Origin: a virus
Reading direction: 5' to 3' (one strand)
Length of the DNA stretch: 64,000 nucleotides
IMG/VR virus record: IMGVR_UViG_3300025141_016022
Part shown: piece after piece, positions 1 through 10,847 of the stretch
Layout: every line of letters starts with the position of its first letter
Numbering within the stretch: the stretch's first letter is position 1
Notes under the pieces: model-generated
The model's input: the letters and a program-made list of their open reading frames with translations, nothing else
Databases searched by the model: none
What the model was told of the DNA's origin: nothing
Position numbers and translations under genes: made by a program

Positions 1-2
1 CT

Positions 3-2213
3 ATAGCAGAAATAAGAAGATTATCAAGTGAGTTTGACAGGCTAGCTGATCCACAGGTCCTAGATAGAATGCAAGCTCTTCAAAGACAACTAGGAGGTAT
101 TGGAGGAGCTGGCGGAGAAGCATTTAGAGAAGGTGCTGGAATGGTCGGGGATATGCGTGACACATATCTTAGATTTAATGAAGAGCTTGCTGGATCAATA
201 ACATCAGGAAATGATGCTGTTTCTGGTCTCGGGGTAAGTTTACGATCCCTGCTTGGAGATGCAGGAAGAACCTATGATGCATTTGAAATGATGACAATCG
301 GTGCAAGAGGGTCAGCGAATGGATTTAGATTCATGCAAAATGAGACTGATGAGACCATGCTTAGGATGGGTTTATTTGGTCAGCAAATGGATTTACGTGC
401 ATCTGAGATTGCTACATTTCAGGAAAGAGAGATATCTCTAGGGATTGAATCTGGAACAATGCTAGAGAATGCAGCTATTGCTGCAACAAGAGTTGCTGAC
501 GTTTACGGTGATTCTGGCAAAGAAATTATGAATATTATCGAGGAGATAGTATCTGACACACGGAGGTTTGGAAACGTTTCAGAGACAGAGGCAGCAAAGA
601 TAGGTGGAGCTTTAAGACAGCTCGGTCTAGACTATGGCGAGCTTGGCGGCATGACTGATAAGTTCTTTGACTTCGAAGGTGCTGCTAGTAGTGTGTCAGC
701 ACTGACATCAGTGTTTGGTGTTCAAATAGATGCCATGGAGGCAATGAGGCTTGCAAACTCACCTGATAGGCTTGATTTCTTAACTTATATGAGAGATCAG
801 TTTATGGCATCTGGTAGAGCTGTTGAAGATATGACTCTTGCAGAAAAAAGGCTTATTCAGCAACAGCTAGGATTATCAGATATTCAGGCTGTTGAGAGAC
901 TCTTTGATCCAACAGTTGATCTGGAGAATCTAGATGCTATAGATGAGGCAGCAAACAGGGGAACAACATCACTTGAAGGTAGCATAGAAGAACTAGAGAC
1001 ACAAATTAAGAACTTTGGAGACGGAACTGACGATGCTCTTGAAAGAGTGAGGGATGCATCTAGGGATGCATTCACTGCTGGAATGCAAAGAGATATAATG
1101 GCTACAATTACAACTGCTGAAGATCTTATTGGAACGATGGAGCTTGTTGGTCAAGCTGGGGGAAGGGAGCTAGCAGATTCTGATCAGTTTGGATTCCTCC
1201 AGCAGGGACTTAGGGATATGGAAGCTTTTGTAAGCAGCATGGATGGATCTATAGGTGAAATTCAGCAGGGGCTAATTCTTGCATTTACTGGAGACGGTAC
1301 AGAGGCAAATCCTGGAATTACTGCTACAATAATCAAAGAGCTAGGGGACGCATTTGAGGCTCTTCTTAATGATCCAAGGTGGCGATCCAGGTCTCCATCG
1401 CTTGCAGGTCTTGCGATAACTGGCGGAGTTATCAAAGCTCTCCAGGAACTTTCTCCCGAAGCTAGAAAGAGTTTCGATGCCATAGGGAAAGAAGGAGATA
1501 AATTTGCAGCAAAACAACTAGATGGCTGGTCAAAAGAAATTGGAAAACTAGGGATGAAATCTACTGATTTCGGAAAATCAGAGATAGAAAAGCTTGCTAG
1601 TGATTTTGGAACAACGACAGCTAGGGTTGAATCTGCAATAAATGCAAATCTTAAAAATACCAAGCAGAGAGACAAGGCACAAAAAATAGAGACACATCTT
1701 GAGGGAATTATGAACCTCGGAGACAAGCAGCTCGTTCAGAACCGCCTATCTGAACTTGCAAGGTATTACAAAGTTTCAAAAGCATCGCTTGAGTCATATA
1801 CATCTGGAAAGAAAGATCAGGATGCAATTTTTAAAGATATACTGGATACAAAGAAAAAAGATGCTGAGAAGGCAGAGAAAAAGAAAAAAGAAGATGCAGC
1901 TAAAAAAGCAGAGGGCAAAGACAAGCCAGAAGTAAATTCAAAAGCTGATGAATCAAATAAAGAAAGTATTAGAGCAATTAAAGATGCAAAAACTGCGCAG
2001 CTCAAGGCTGAAACAGAGCTAGAAGAACTTAAATCAAAGCTTGAAAGTAAAAAAGGAGAGGATGGTATTATTAATCTTACAATTAACCCTGCTGATGTTA
2101 TACTCGAAGTTTCAGATAGAGAAATTGGAAGGGCAGCCCTCAATGCATTCTCCTCCGGGACACCAGTTTTAAGCGATTCTGGTAAATCTTGGAAAGTTGT
2201 TTTAAAAACATAG
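3..2213 (+). CDS. Tail tape-measure-like protein, 5'-truncated by the window edge
   Basis: Frame is open from position 3, upstream of the ATG at 69. Long helical Ala/Gly/Glu/Leu-rich protein with a Lys/Glu-rich stretch and a C-terminus (INLTINPADVILEVSDREIGRA) of the tape-measure type. Lies directly before baseplate-like genes. Confidence 0.6.
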   Translation: MAEIRRLSSEFDRLADPQVLDRMQALQRQLGGIGGAGGEAFREGAGMVGDMRDTYLRFNEELAGSITSGNDAVSGLGVSLRSLLGDAGRTYDAFEMMTIGARGSANGFRFMQNETDETMLRMGLFGQQMDLRASEIATFQEREISLGIESGTMLENAAIAATRVADVYGDSGKEIMNIIEEIVSDTRRFGNVSETEAAKIGGALRQLGLDYGELGGMTDKFFDFEGAASSVSALTSVFGVQIDAMEAMRLANSPDRLDFLTYMRDQFMASGRAVEDMTLAEKRLIQQQLGLSDIQAVERLFDPTVDLENLDAIDEAANRGTTSLEGSIEELETQIKNFGDGTDDALERVRDASRDAFTAGMQRDIMATITTAEDLIGTMELVGQAGGRELADSDQFGFLQQGLRDMEAFVSSMDGSIGEIQQGLILAFTGDGTEANPGITATIIKELGDAFEALLNDPRWRSRSPSLAGLAITGGVIKALQELSPEARKSFDAIGKEGDKFAAKQLDGWSKEIGKLGMKSTDFGKSEIEKLASDFGTTTARVESAINANLKNTKQRDKAQKIETHLEGIMNLGDKQLVQNRLSELARYYKVSKASLESYTSGKKDQDAIFKDILDTKKKDAEKAEKKKKEDAAKKAEGKDKPEVNSKADESNKESIRAIKDAKTAQLKAETELEELKSKLESKKGEDGIINLTINPADVILEVSDREIGRAALNAFSSGTPVLSDSGKSWKVVLKT

Positions 2214-2225
2214 TATAGGAAAGAT

Positions 2226-2477
2226 ATGAAAAATATAGTAGAAATTGTTATGGAAACAGACATCATGTCTTCACTAGTTGAGGATCTTACAGAAGAAGAG
2301 CAAAAAGATTTTAAAAAATGGGCTTCTGATACACTTTCACCTTTAAATGAGCTTGCGCACATAATAAATGATATGTCATCTACAGTAGAGTCTGCAGAAA
2401 GAATATCTGAGGTTGTTCATAGTATTTTATCACCCGAGGGGTTTGCGGAGGTTGAGAAATGTCTAGAGAAAAGCTAG
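2226..2477 (+). CDS. Hypothetical protein (83 aa) in tail module
   Basis: ORF with AGGA SD-like site; overlaps the next gene. Confidence 0.6.
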   Translation: MKNIVEIVMETDIMSSLVEDLTEEEQKDFKKWASDTLSPLNELAHIINDMSSTVESAERISEVVHSILSPEGFAEVEKCLEKS

Positions 2478-5400
2478 GTGAGTTTTTAGAATCTTATACA
2501 GAGGGATCAACTACAACACCAGGAAAAATATCATATACAAATCGTGATAGAGACGGCCAGGGGCTTGATCCAGGAGTAGATGATCTCGGTATAGATCCAG
2601 GATCTGGTCGACCACTTTTGCAACATAATTCCAAAGGTCCACAGGGTATAAGTCTTGTAAATGATTTTCTTAGCTTTCTTACAAATCACGCACCCAATTA
2701 TTATAAACTTAAACAAGGAGCTACAACTGCACAGTCAGTTAAGCATTTGACAGAAGACGGTTCGCCGGTAGTTCTTAAGGCAGCAGAAAATACAAGTGCT
2801 GAAAATGTCTTTGTTAAGACTGCTGAATCAGCAGGCGATGGATTAGGTGCGACAATGTCACAATATTCCAATAGCGGCTATCTTGATGGGTTAAATAATA
2901 TAGTTTCAAAACTAGGTGATATTACAGATCCATCAATGGATGAAGGGCCTGGCCCGCATTCTGGAAATAAGCTTTTGACATCTATTGAAGGGCAAGATCA
3001 AAATGTAACGGGAAAGACATTTGTAGATACAACAGTTGATGACCTAGAGCAGAACTCACTAAATGCAGTTCAGGGAATGCTTCAAGAAAGAAATAGATTT
3101 AACACTTCTCAAGAAAGAGCATTTGCTCCCTATGATAATAGTCAATTATCAAAAAATATGAAAACGGGAAAAGACGGGCAAGGGTCAAGAACCGCCCAGT
3201 CAGAATATGGATCTTTTGTTAAATCTGCACCCGAGATGGTGAATAATGATCTTGCTCATGTTGGAAGATCAATGATACTTCAAGCTCTTGGTATTGACTG
3301 GTCTGATAGCCCAGGCGGGGCTACAAATCCCAACGAATTTGAATATGATACAGAGTCTGTAATAGTTAATGGCGCAGCTATGGTTCTTAACACACCGACT
3401 AGTGTTCAATTCCCTAGGGCAAAAAATGCATATGGTGCACCGGTTGTCGGAGATGGTGTTGATAGCTCGCCATTGAGTGAAGGAGCATTTGAGACTGATG
3501 GCGAGAGTCACAGCTACGGAGGACACTATACACCTGATTTAGCTTACAGCTCTCCAAAGTCAAGAGCAGTGCTTAGGGCACGAGCAGCTGCAGTAATAAT
3601 TGGAATGGTTATTGCTACAAAGACTGTATCTGACTCTTTGGATATAGCATATAGTACTATAGAGTTAGGAAGAAGTCACGGAAAGTTAGGTGAGGCAAAG
3701 AGATTCGCAGCTAATGCAAAAACCCAGGTCTTTCAAAGGCTTGTTATTCCAGTCACAAGATTCCCGTATTCTGACTGTTTAAACATGGGTCTTACTATGC
3801 TTTTTGGAACAAGTGATATGTCGTTTGACAAAATAAAAAATGTTAGTAATCATCAAACAATATCGGAAGCACCTGGGTTCTGGTATGCAATTGGAAAGTC
3901 TATGCTACAGAAGTTTGCTGCAGCATCTACATCTCTTACAAAAAATCTAGAGTCGTTTGAATCAGATCCCGTAGGTTCTTCCACTGCAATTCTTGCAGAT
4001 GTTACTAGAAGCGGAATAGTAGGCGTTATTAACTCAATAGTTCAAATAGGCGATATAGGACTATTTTCAACAGGGGGAACTGCAAATCTACAAAATGCAG
4101 CAAACGGCGGGGTGCGACCTTGGAATGTAGACTCTCTGGTCGAAGGCCCGCAAACAAGAATTTCAAAGAGTAGGGTAAATACAAATGGTCAAACTTCTGC
4201 TGCACTTGCGTGGAGGGGAATGTCTGCACCTAGTCTCTACCTTCTTCCTAGAAATGTTATAAAAGCAGTTGTAGACTCTAATACTCTAAACTGGGGGCCG
4301 AATCCAATTAAAGCTCATACTGCAACTTCTTTAATTGAGAAATCATATATTGATGTAAACGGATATGGACCCACTGCAGGAATATCAAGAGGTAGAATTC
4401 CAACAGATGTTAGGAGAAAAATGGAGAATACTCTAGATGCAGAGTATGTACCGTTTTATTTTCATGATGTAAGAACCAATGAGATGATAGGATTCCACGC
4501 ATTTTTAACAAATTTGAGTGACTCATTTAGTCCACAATTTTCATCAAACAAGGGGTACGGAAGAATCGATCCTGTCTATATTTACAAGGATACAAAAAGA
4601 ACAGTTACATTTAGTTTCTACGTTGCTGCAACATCAAAGGAAGATTTTGATGAGATGTGGTTTAAGATCAACAAGCTTACAACACTGGTATATCCCCAAT
4701 GGTCAAAAGGAAGCGGCTTAGTAGATGGAGACGACAACAAGATAGTTCAACCATTCAGTCAGGTAATAGGTGCAACACCGCTTGTTAGACTAAGAATTGG
4801 CGACGTTATAAGGGGAAATTATTCAAGATTTAACCTTGGAAGAATGTTTGGAATAGGAACTGATGAGTTTAAGATAGCTGATAATACATTTGGCTTGGGC
4901 GGTGGATCATCTGGTTTCGTTAATATGACAGCACCGTGGACAACAGCAGTTTCTGATTTCATGATTGACTATATATTTTCCACTGCATATGGTTCACCAA
5001 TGGCGCTTCTGCCTTTCAGCGGAGATGCAGGAGCAAGTGTTGCAGATAAACTTGTAAGATCAGTTGTGGGAACTGGAATGGAGGCACTCGGAGGAAGCGG
5101 AATAGTTAATCCAATTGGTGCTGCACTAATACTAGGGGAATTAAGCAATCCCGATTCTGATGAGGCAATAGCTGATTCGCTGGGAACATCAAATGTTGTT
5201 CTAGACGGTGTGGCTGCACTTGCATCTAAAATAGCAACAGGCAGGGCAAAATCAAATCTAGGAACAGGCGGAGGATATACCGGAACAAGCTTTCCATTCC
5301 TTAAGCCATCATCGAATATTGGATATACACTTGTAACTGAATCAGGAGAAACAAAGTTAAGAACTACAATTCCGTACAGGGTTGCAGTAAAGGACAAAAA

Positions 5401-6073
5401 GAAAGTTGCAATTAACTCAATTAAGAATGCAAATAGCGCATATGTCAGTAAGGGTCTTGAGAAGCAAAATCATATGAAGACGAGATATGAAGTACAGTTC
5501 TTTGATTTAGATGCACCAAAGGTTGATGGAAAACTATATGTTTGGCATGAGGATTTAATGCCAAATCCCGATATGCTATTTATGGTTCGAGTAAGTCTTT
5601 TGCTTGATCCCGTTGCTACTGTTGCAGGACTTGGGCAGATGGTAGTTAATGAGACAGCATCTAAATATATGGGATTTCCTGCTGACGCATTAAATATTTT
5701 CACAACTGATGCTGCTGAGTTTATGCATCCTGCAAACAATCCGATAACGAGAGCATTTGAAAATTCTGGCGGGCGGGGTCTAGCAGGTGTCTTGCAAAGT
5801 TTATCATATGACTGGTATGATAATACAATTCCATGGGAGACTGAGTGGGGCTCTAGGGCACCAATGATGGCAAAAGTAAGTGTAACATTTGATGTTATTC
5901 ATGATCTACCTCCGGGAATTGACTCCAGCGGATATAACAGAGCACCTGTATATAACGTAGGAAGGACTATGAATGCAATTTCAGGTGACGAAAATCCAGA
6001 TCATGGGCAAGGCTCTAGGCAATCCTATACACGTGCAGGTATAAAAGCAGTTCAAAAACTTAAGAAGGAGTAG
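2459..6073 (+). CDS. Baseplate / tail-tube-initiator-like structural protein (1204 aa)
   Basis: Segment YVPFYFHD...FHAFLTNLSDSFSPQF...GYGRIDPVYIYKDTKRTVTFSF...PLVRLRIGD and a distal GVLQSLSYDW...PMMAKVSVTFDVIH resemble tube-fold baseplate proteins of contractile tails. Position between tape measure and LysM gene fits. Confidence 0.6.
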   Translation: MSREKLGEFLESYTEGSTTTPGKISYTNRDRDGQGLDPGVDDLGIDPGSGRPLLQHNSKGPQGISLVNDFLSFLTNHAPNYYKLKQGATTAQSVKHLTEDGSPVVLKAAENTSAENVFVKTAESAGDGLGATMSQYSNSGYLDGLNNIVSKLGDITDPSMDEGPGPHSGNKLLTSIEGQDQNVTGKTFVDTTVDDLEQNSLNAVQGMLQERNRFNTSQERAFAPYDNSQLSKNMKTGKDGQGSRTAQSEYGSFVKSAPEMVNNDLAHVGRSMILQALGIDWSDSPGGATNPNEFEYDTESVIVNGAAMVLNTPTSVQFPRAKNAYGAPVVGDGVDSSPLSEGAFETDGESHSYGGHYTPDLAYSSPKSRAVLRARAAAVIIGMVIATKTVSDSLDIAYSTIELGRSHGKLGEAKRFAANAKTQVFQRLVIPVTRFPYSDCLNMGLTMLFGTSDMSFDKIKNVSNHQTISEAPGFWYAIGKSMLQKFAAASTSLTKNLESFESDPVGSSTAILADVTRSGIVGVINSIVQIGDIGLFSTGGTANLQNAANGGVRPWNVDSLVEGPQTRISKSRVNTNGQTSAALAWRGMSAPSLYLLPRNVIKAVVDSNTLNWGPNPIKAHTATSLIEKSYIDVNGYGPTAGISRGRIPTDVRRKMENTLDAEYVPFYFHDVRTNEMIGFHAFLTNLSDSFSPQFSSNKGYGRIDPVYIYKDTKRTVTFSFYVAATSKEDFDEMWFKINKLTTLVYPQWSKGSGLVDGDDNKIVQPFSQVIGATPLVRLRIGDVIRGNYSRFNLGRMFGIGTDEFKIADNTFGLGGGSSGFVNMTAPWTTAVSDFMIDYIFSTAYGSPMALLPFSGDAGASVADKLVRSVVGTGMEALGGSGIVNPIGAALILGELSNPDSDEAIADSLGTSNVVLDGVAALASKIATGRAKSNLGTGGGYTGTSFPFLKPSSNIGYTLVTESGETKLRTTIPYRVAVKDKKKVAINSIKNANSAYVSKGLEKQNHMKTRYEVQFFDLDAPKVDGKLYVWHEDLMPNPDMLFMVRVSLLLDPVATVAGLGQMVVNETASKYMGFPADALNIFTTDAAEFMHPANNPITRAFENSGGRGLAGVLQSLSYDWYDNTIPWETEWGSRAPMMAKVSVTFDVIHDLPPGIDSSGYNRAPVYNVGRTMNAISGDENPDHGQGSRQSYTRAGIKAVQKLKKE

Positions 6074-6078
6074 TATAA

Positions 6079-6375
6079 ATGTCAATAGGAAGATACACAT
6101 TTTCAGTGTCAATTGGTGAGGGAAAGGGAAAGTCAAACCCGAGAGTGTCAAGCAAAATATATACTGCCGTTACAACAGGTGCAATTCCTATATCAATAAG
6201 AAAGCTAGAAAGGGGAGAGAGGCTAGACACAATATCAATGGATGCATATGGATCACCTGTCTATTGGTGGGTTATAGCAGCAGCATCAGGGATAGGCTGG
6301 GGATTACAAGTACCACCTGGTACAACTATTAGAATACCAGTTAATATAGGACAGATATTAGGAATGGTGACATAG
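6079..6375 (+). CDS. LysM-domain baseplate wedge protein (T4 gp53 / P2 gpX-like)
   Basis: GERLDTISMDAYGSPVYWWVIAAASGI...VPPGTTIRIP is a LysM-type pattern; canonical position before the hub. Confidence 0.8.
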   Translation: MSIGRYTFSVSIGEGKGKSNPRVSSKIYTAVTTGAIPISIRKLERGERLDTISMDAYGSPVYWWVIAAASGIGWGLQVPPGTTIRIPVNIGQILGMVT

Positions 6376-9300
6376 ATGGCATTTAAAGATATATTCACAT
6401 CTGACGATACAATGAAAGTACCTCCAGAAAACAGGCTTGACCTAGCAGTGACAGCTCTAAGCAAGTACTATATGTCAACTGCATCCGAAACAGAGTTAAA
6501 AAATTATAAAAGAGGGAATTCAAGTGATGATAAATCTATTGCAGAGGAAAAGCTAAATGCAAGAAAAGAATCATCAGAAGTGAAGAGAAAATTAAGATCA
6601 CTTATTCAAGATACATCCATGGGCGGATTATTTGTTAACGAGATTATCAGGAAGGTTGAGGAAGATACAGTTTTAAAATCCTACAAAGGTATTCAAAATA
6701 TTTTAAAGGTTAAGTTTGAAAGTCATGCGCCAGGAGTTATAAACTCAACAGTTGAAAATGATAACGATAGAGGTATAAATGCACAATGTGGTCAACTAAT
6801 TGTTCAATCACCTGCAGAGTCACCAGATGATAGTGCACAGGCAGCTGCTGATGCAGTATCAGGAGATAGCGACGGAGATGGCGATGAACCAGCGGGAATT
6901 GTTAATTCAGTAGTTGGGGGAAATGCATCGGGAATCCCAGATGCAATAAACAATCCATGGCTTTCTGCAATACTTGTCAACGATAGCACTTTAACACCGG
7001 GAAATAATAGAAATGTAGCTGGTTCATTATTTTTCAATAGCATTCCAACAACTGAGATGTCGCAGTGTTCACCCTTTATCAAGATTACGTTTATCACAGA
7101 AAATGATAATTTTCTAGACGGTGCCAGATCAATGACACTGCAGGGATTTACAAAAGCTTCTGACACATCTATGTGGGATTGGTCAACTGGAAAAAATATA
7201 GATTGGAACACACTTAGCCTAAGAAGGGATGCTGGGTTTGATGTTTCCGGTGAGGTATCAGCAGCAGCAATATCTGAAGAGGCACCAGCAAACTCTGCGC
7301 TTAGAGAGTTCGAGGGGCTGACAATAGATGCTACCAGGGTCATAAGCAGCGGTATTGAACTATTTCAGGCACCACAAACTCTAAACAATCTTGGTGTTGC
7401 TGATGACCCAGCACTGGGAGGAGCTCTTAATCCCTCTGCACCCCTAGCTTCATTGCAAAGATTAAGCATTGATATTAGTGGATTAGGTCTTTCTACACTT
7501 TGTAATAAAACTGCATCCATGGAGTTTATTTTACATGATAGATCTCAAATGAGGCTTATAGCACCCATAGTAGGTGCAAGCTCATTTGCCGGGACACATG
7601 TTGAGATTGAGTATGGCTGGATGCACCCACAGGCATCGTTTGCTCAATCTGGTAATGTCTACGCAAACTTTCTAAACTCACTCAGGTCAAAGTCATTATT
7701 CAATATTCAGGTTGCAGATTTATCAGTTCTAGAGGATGGGCAAGTTAGAGTTAATTTAAAATTAGCCTCTAGGGGTGCAGCAGAAATGAATGCTGTTCCT
7801 GCTGCTAGTGGTGTATCGAAAGTTTCTGCAGCTATGATAGCTCCATTTTTAAATAAAGTTTTATCACAAATGTCTCATATGAAATCTAAGTCATTCCAAG
7901 AGTCACAGCAGGCAGCAGCAGATGCAGAATCAGCATCAGAATATGTTGCTGCTGCAGCTAGAACAGCAGATAGAGAGCTTCTTGACATTCAAAGAGGATT
8001 TTCTGCACAGGCAAACTTCAATACACCGAGAGCTATGATAGATCTTGGTTTGTATAGAGAGCTATTGTCCAATCTAAGGTCTGGAGCATCTTCTGTCGCA
8101 CAATCTGCTGCAATATCATCTGCAATAGAGATAATTAATGATATTATGACAACTGCAGATGAAGATCAGGACTCAAGCGGTGCCAGGGTTACACTAGCAA
8201 GTGAGCTTGAAGCAAAAAGAGCAATGCTTGAAAGGCTTGATATCTTTGATAATGGAACAAATACTCCTGTGCAGGAAGTTGAAGCAGAGGATAGAGCAGC
8301 AGAAGGTGCTGCACCCGTTGATGCAAACGCAGAAGACGCAAGTACAAATAGAGGAACAATATCTCCAACCTTAGGGTCAGTTTTATTGACATATATCGGA
8401 AGGCCCTTGCAGGCAATTGGAAAATGGGATGAAGTTCAAATGATTTTCTATCCGTTTAACTATCAAGCTGGTGCAATGACAATGACAAATATTGCAAACT
8501 TTAGGCTTACTGGATTTCCAGACTTTTTAATGAAAATAATTGATGAAAGACCTTTCTGCTCGACGGCTCAATTTGCAGAAAAGCTATTTAAAGATGCATG
8601 TGGTCCTGAAACTATATCACATCCAAACTACTGGGGTGATGAAGCATACGCAAGAGTTGATCAGGAAGCACTTCGTGAGCTAGGAACAAGAGAAGAAAGG
8701 CTAGAGGCTATACAGGATGTACGACTTGCAAACGAAGCAGCATTATCAAGAATATATAGCACTCGCGGTAGAGAGCTTGCACCAGAGTTTGAAGTTCCAG
8801 ATATTACTATGCTTACTGAGTGTGTTCCTGCAAAATCTTCACCTGAAGGACAGTCTAAATCAATTCTAAGGATTCATGTTTTCGATGCAAAAGCAGGAGT
8901 ACCAATAGAGGCAAATTTACTATCACAAATAGTTCAAGGAAATGAGCTTGCAATTAGAGTCAAACCAGAGGGTATACAACCTAGTTCAGATGCATCTGAG
9001 GAAGACGAGGCTGATCAAGGCACTGTTGCAGAAAGTGAAAGTGATGAAGCAGCAGCAGAGCAACTAGCCGGGATAGTTGCAAATGATGAAGTTGGTCAAG
9101 GAGAGTCTGATGCAACAGATGCTGTTCCCGTGCCTCATACACTTTATATTTCAAAAATATCAGCAGAAATGATTAAAGATGCAATAAAGTCAGTATACCC
9201 ATCAATAACTTTCGGGTCACAATTTACAAATGTATTTAGCTTTGGAATGTCTTCTAATACAGGCGGAGCAGTAAATCAGGTTTTACTGCTTAACGCCATT

Positions 9301-9618
9301 GAACAAAACAGGGATGAAGACTCAGGACCACAAAGAAACTCTAATATAGACGATGTATTTGTCATTCCTACAAATGCAACGTTACAAACAGCTGGGTTTC
9401 CCAATGTTACTTACGGTCAAAAATACTATATTGACATGGGAACAGGAACAACAGCTGATAACTTCTACTATGTAGTTGGAATCAGACACACGTTGACACC
9501 GGGATCGTATGAGACTACTTTAACGCTAACATATAATGGATCAGGAACAAGTAGGTCTTTAAGAACTGCAATGTCAACAGTTGCCGGTGTTGTATACCCG
9601 GGTGATAGTGTAGGATAA
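6376..9618 (+). CDS. Baseplate hub-like protein (gp27/gpD/Mu gp44-like), 1080 aa
   Basis: C-terminal GFPNVTYGQKYYIDMG...YYVVGIRHTLTPGSYETTLTL and internal VEIEYGW are hub-like; follows the LysM gene. Confidence 0.6.
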   Translation: MAFKDIFTSDDTMKVPPENRLDLAVTALSKYYMSTASETELKNYKRGNSSDDKSIAEEKLNARKESSEVKRKLRSLIQDTSMGGLFVNEIIRKVEEDTVLKSYKGIQNILKVKFESHAPGVINSTVENDNDRGINAQCGQLIVQSPAESPDDSAQAAADAVSGDSDGDGDEPAGIVNSVVGGNASGIPDAINNPWLSAILVNDSTLTPGNNRNVAGSLFFNSIPTTEMSQCSPFIKITFITENDNFLDGARSMTLQGFTKASDTSMWDWSTGKNIDWNTLSLRRDAGFDVSGEVSAAAISEEAPANSALREFEGLTIDATRVISSGIELFQAPQTLNNLGVADDPALGGALNPSAPLASLQRLSIDISGLGLSTLCNKTASMEFILHDRSQMRLIAPIVGASSFAGTHVEIEYGWMHPQASFAQSGNVYANFLNSLRSKSLFNIQVADLSVLEDGQVRVNLKLASRGAAEMNAVPAASGVSKVSAAMIAPFLNKVLSQMSHMKSKSFQESQQAAADAESASEYVAAAARTADRELLDIQRGFSAQANFNTPRAMIDLGLYRELLSNLRSGASSVAQSAAISSAIEIINDIMTTADEDQDSSGARVTLASELEAKRAMLERLDIFDNGTNTPVQEVEAEDRAAEGAAPVDANAEDASTNRGTISPTLGSVLLTYIGRPLQAIGKWDEVQMIFYPFNYQAGAMTMTNIANFRLTGFPDFLMKIIDERPFCSTAQFAEKLFKDACGPETISHPNYWGDEAYARVDQEALRELGTREERLEAIQDVRLANEAALSRIYSTRGRELAPEFEVPDITMLTECVPAKSSPEGQSKSILRIHVFDAKAGVPIEANLLSQIVQGNELAIRVKPEGIQPSSDASEEDEADQGTVAESESDEAAAEQLAGIVANDEVGQGESDATDAVPVPHTLYISKISAEMIKDAIKSVYPSITFGSQFTNVFSFGMSSNTGGAVNQVLLLNAIEQNRDEDSGPQRNSNIDDVFVIPTNATLQTAGFPNVTYGQKYYIDMGTGTTADNFYYVVGIRHTLTPGSYETTLTLTYNGSGTSRSLRTAMSTVAGVVYPGDSVG

Positions 9619-9627
9619 AATAACATA

Positions 9628-9656
9628 TTGAAAATACAGGGATTGGATGTTATAAT
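9628..9656 (+). promoter_or_regulatory. Sigma70-type promoter TTGAAA-N17-TATAAT with extended -10 (TGn)
   Basis: TTGAAA 9628-9633, TG 9648-9649, TATAAT 9651-9656; ATG follows at 9663. Confidence 0.75.
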
Positions 9657-9662
9657 CAATCT

Positions 9663-10847
9663 ATGATTTTAGCAATTTCATCTCGAACAATAGGGTCTGA
9701 TCTCAATTTAATCTTCGATGGATCAGAATGGTCATGGTCAAAGAATTTTCCGAAAGAATCTCTTCTCTGGGGTTTTGAAGACTATAGAGATTTAAGAGAT
9801 GCAGCTAGCTCACTAAAGCTAGATATTCCAGAATTTTGGAATACACCGTGGGGAAATGCTCAATCACACGTTCAAAAAAAGTTTTCATATGTAAAGTGGC
9901 AACATGCACTCCCGGTATCACAGTGGAAAGATATAGTAACAAGGCTTGTAGATCAGCTCTGGAGACATTTCTCATGTGAAGATAACAGTTACTATGTTAG
10001 TACTCACATAAGAAATCGTAGAATCACCCAGGGACTCTCTAGGCCTATTGTATCGGACGCTCTGTGTAGGGAGAAGATAGATAGCGCAAAGAACGGAAAA
10101 AGAGGGCTTGTAGAAAGATTTTTGCCTATAGATGATGGAAAGCCAGAAAGGTCGATATACTCATTTTCAAACACAGTTACTGGTAGAATGACAATAAAAA
10201 AAGGTCCAAACATTCTTACTTTAAAAAAAGAAGATAGAAATATTCTTAAATCTAGATTTAAGAATGGAAAACTTATAGAGATAGACCTTCAATCTGCAGA
10301 GCCAAGAGTTGCACTTTCTATGTTTGACAAACATATAGACGGAGACATATACAGTGAGATAATAAAGTCGCTTGGCATGAATATTACAAGAGATATATCA
10401 AAAATTGCAACAATATCAGCACTCTATGGTGCATCACATCATGCTTTGTCATCACATGTTTCAAATAGCTCTGATGCAATGAAAATCATAGATTCAGTAA
10501 AGGAGTACTTTGGAGTCAGGCATTTAGAAAAAATGATTATAGATCAACACAGTGAGAACTCGTATATTACAAATACGCATGGTAGAAAAATCTTTTCAGA
10601 ATCAGCCAGCGTTAATCATTTAATACAGTCATCTACTGTAGATGTTGCATTTGATGTTTTCGAATTGATTATAGGAAAGATAAAAGAGTTGAAAATAGAT
10701 GCAGTTCCAGTGTATATTATACACGATGCTATTATCTTCGATGCTAGAGAAAAAGATCTTGAAAAAATTTATAAAATATGTGAAGATGGGTTTGTATCAA
10801 AAACTGTGAAGACTAGATTTCCAGTTAAAATAAAGGAGATAGAATGA
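9663..10847 (+). CDS. Family A DNA polymerase-like protein; polymerase domain only, divergent
   Basis: TVTGRM; motif A IDLQSAEPR; motif B RDISKIATISALYG; NHLIQSS; motif C IIHDAIIFD. Only 394 aa, no recognisable exonuclease domain. Confidence 0.8.
   Translation: MILAISSRTIGSDLNLIFDGSEWSWSKNFPKESLLWGFEDYRDLRDAASSLKLDIPEFWNTPWGNAQSHVQKKFSYVKWQHALPVSQWKDIVTRLVDQLWRHFSCEDNSYYVSTHIRNRRITQGLSRPIVSDALCREKIDSAKNGKRGLVERFLPIDDGKPERSIYSFSNTVTGRMTIKKGPNILTLKKEDRNILKSRFKNGKLIEIDLQSAEPRVALSMFDKHIDGDIYSEIIKSLGMNITRDISKIATISALYGASHHALSSHVSNSSDAMKIIDSVKEYFGVRHLEKMIIDQHSENSYITNTHGRKIFSESASVNHLIQSSTVDVAFDVFELIIGKIKELKIDAVPVYIIHDAIIFDAREKDLEKIYKICEDGFVSKTVKTRFPVKIKEIE

Noticed and set aside
1849-1990. A-rich quasi-repeats near the end of the tape-measure-like gene
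   Set aside because: Explained by Lys/Glu/Ala low-complexity coding, not a discrete DNA repeat.
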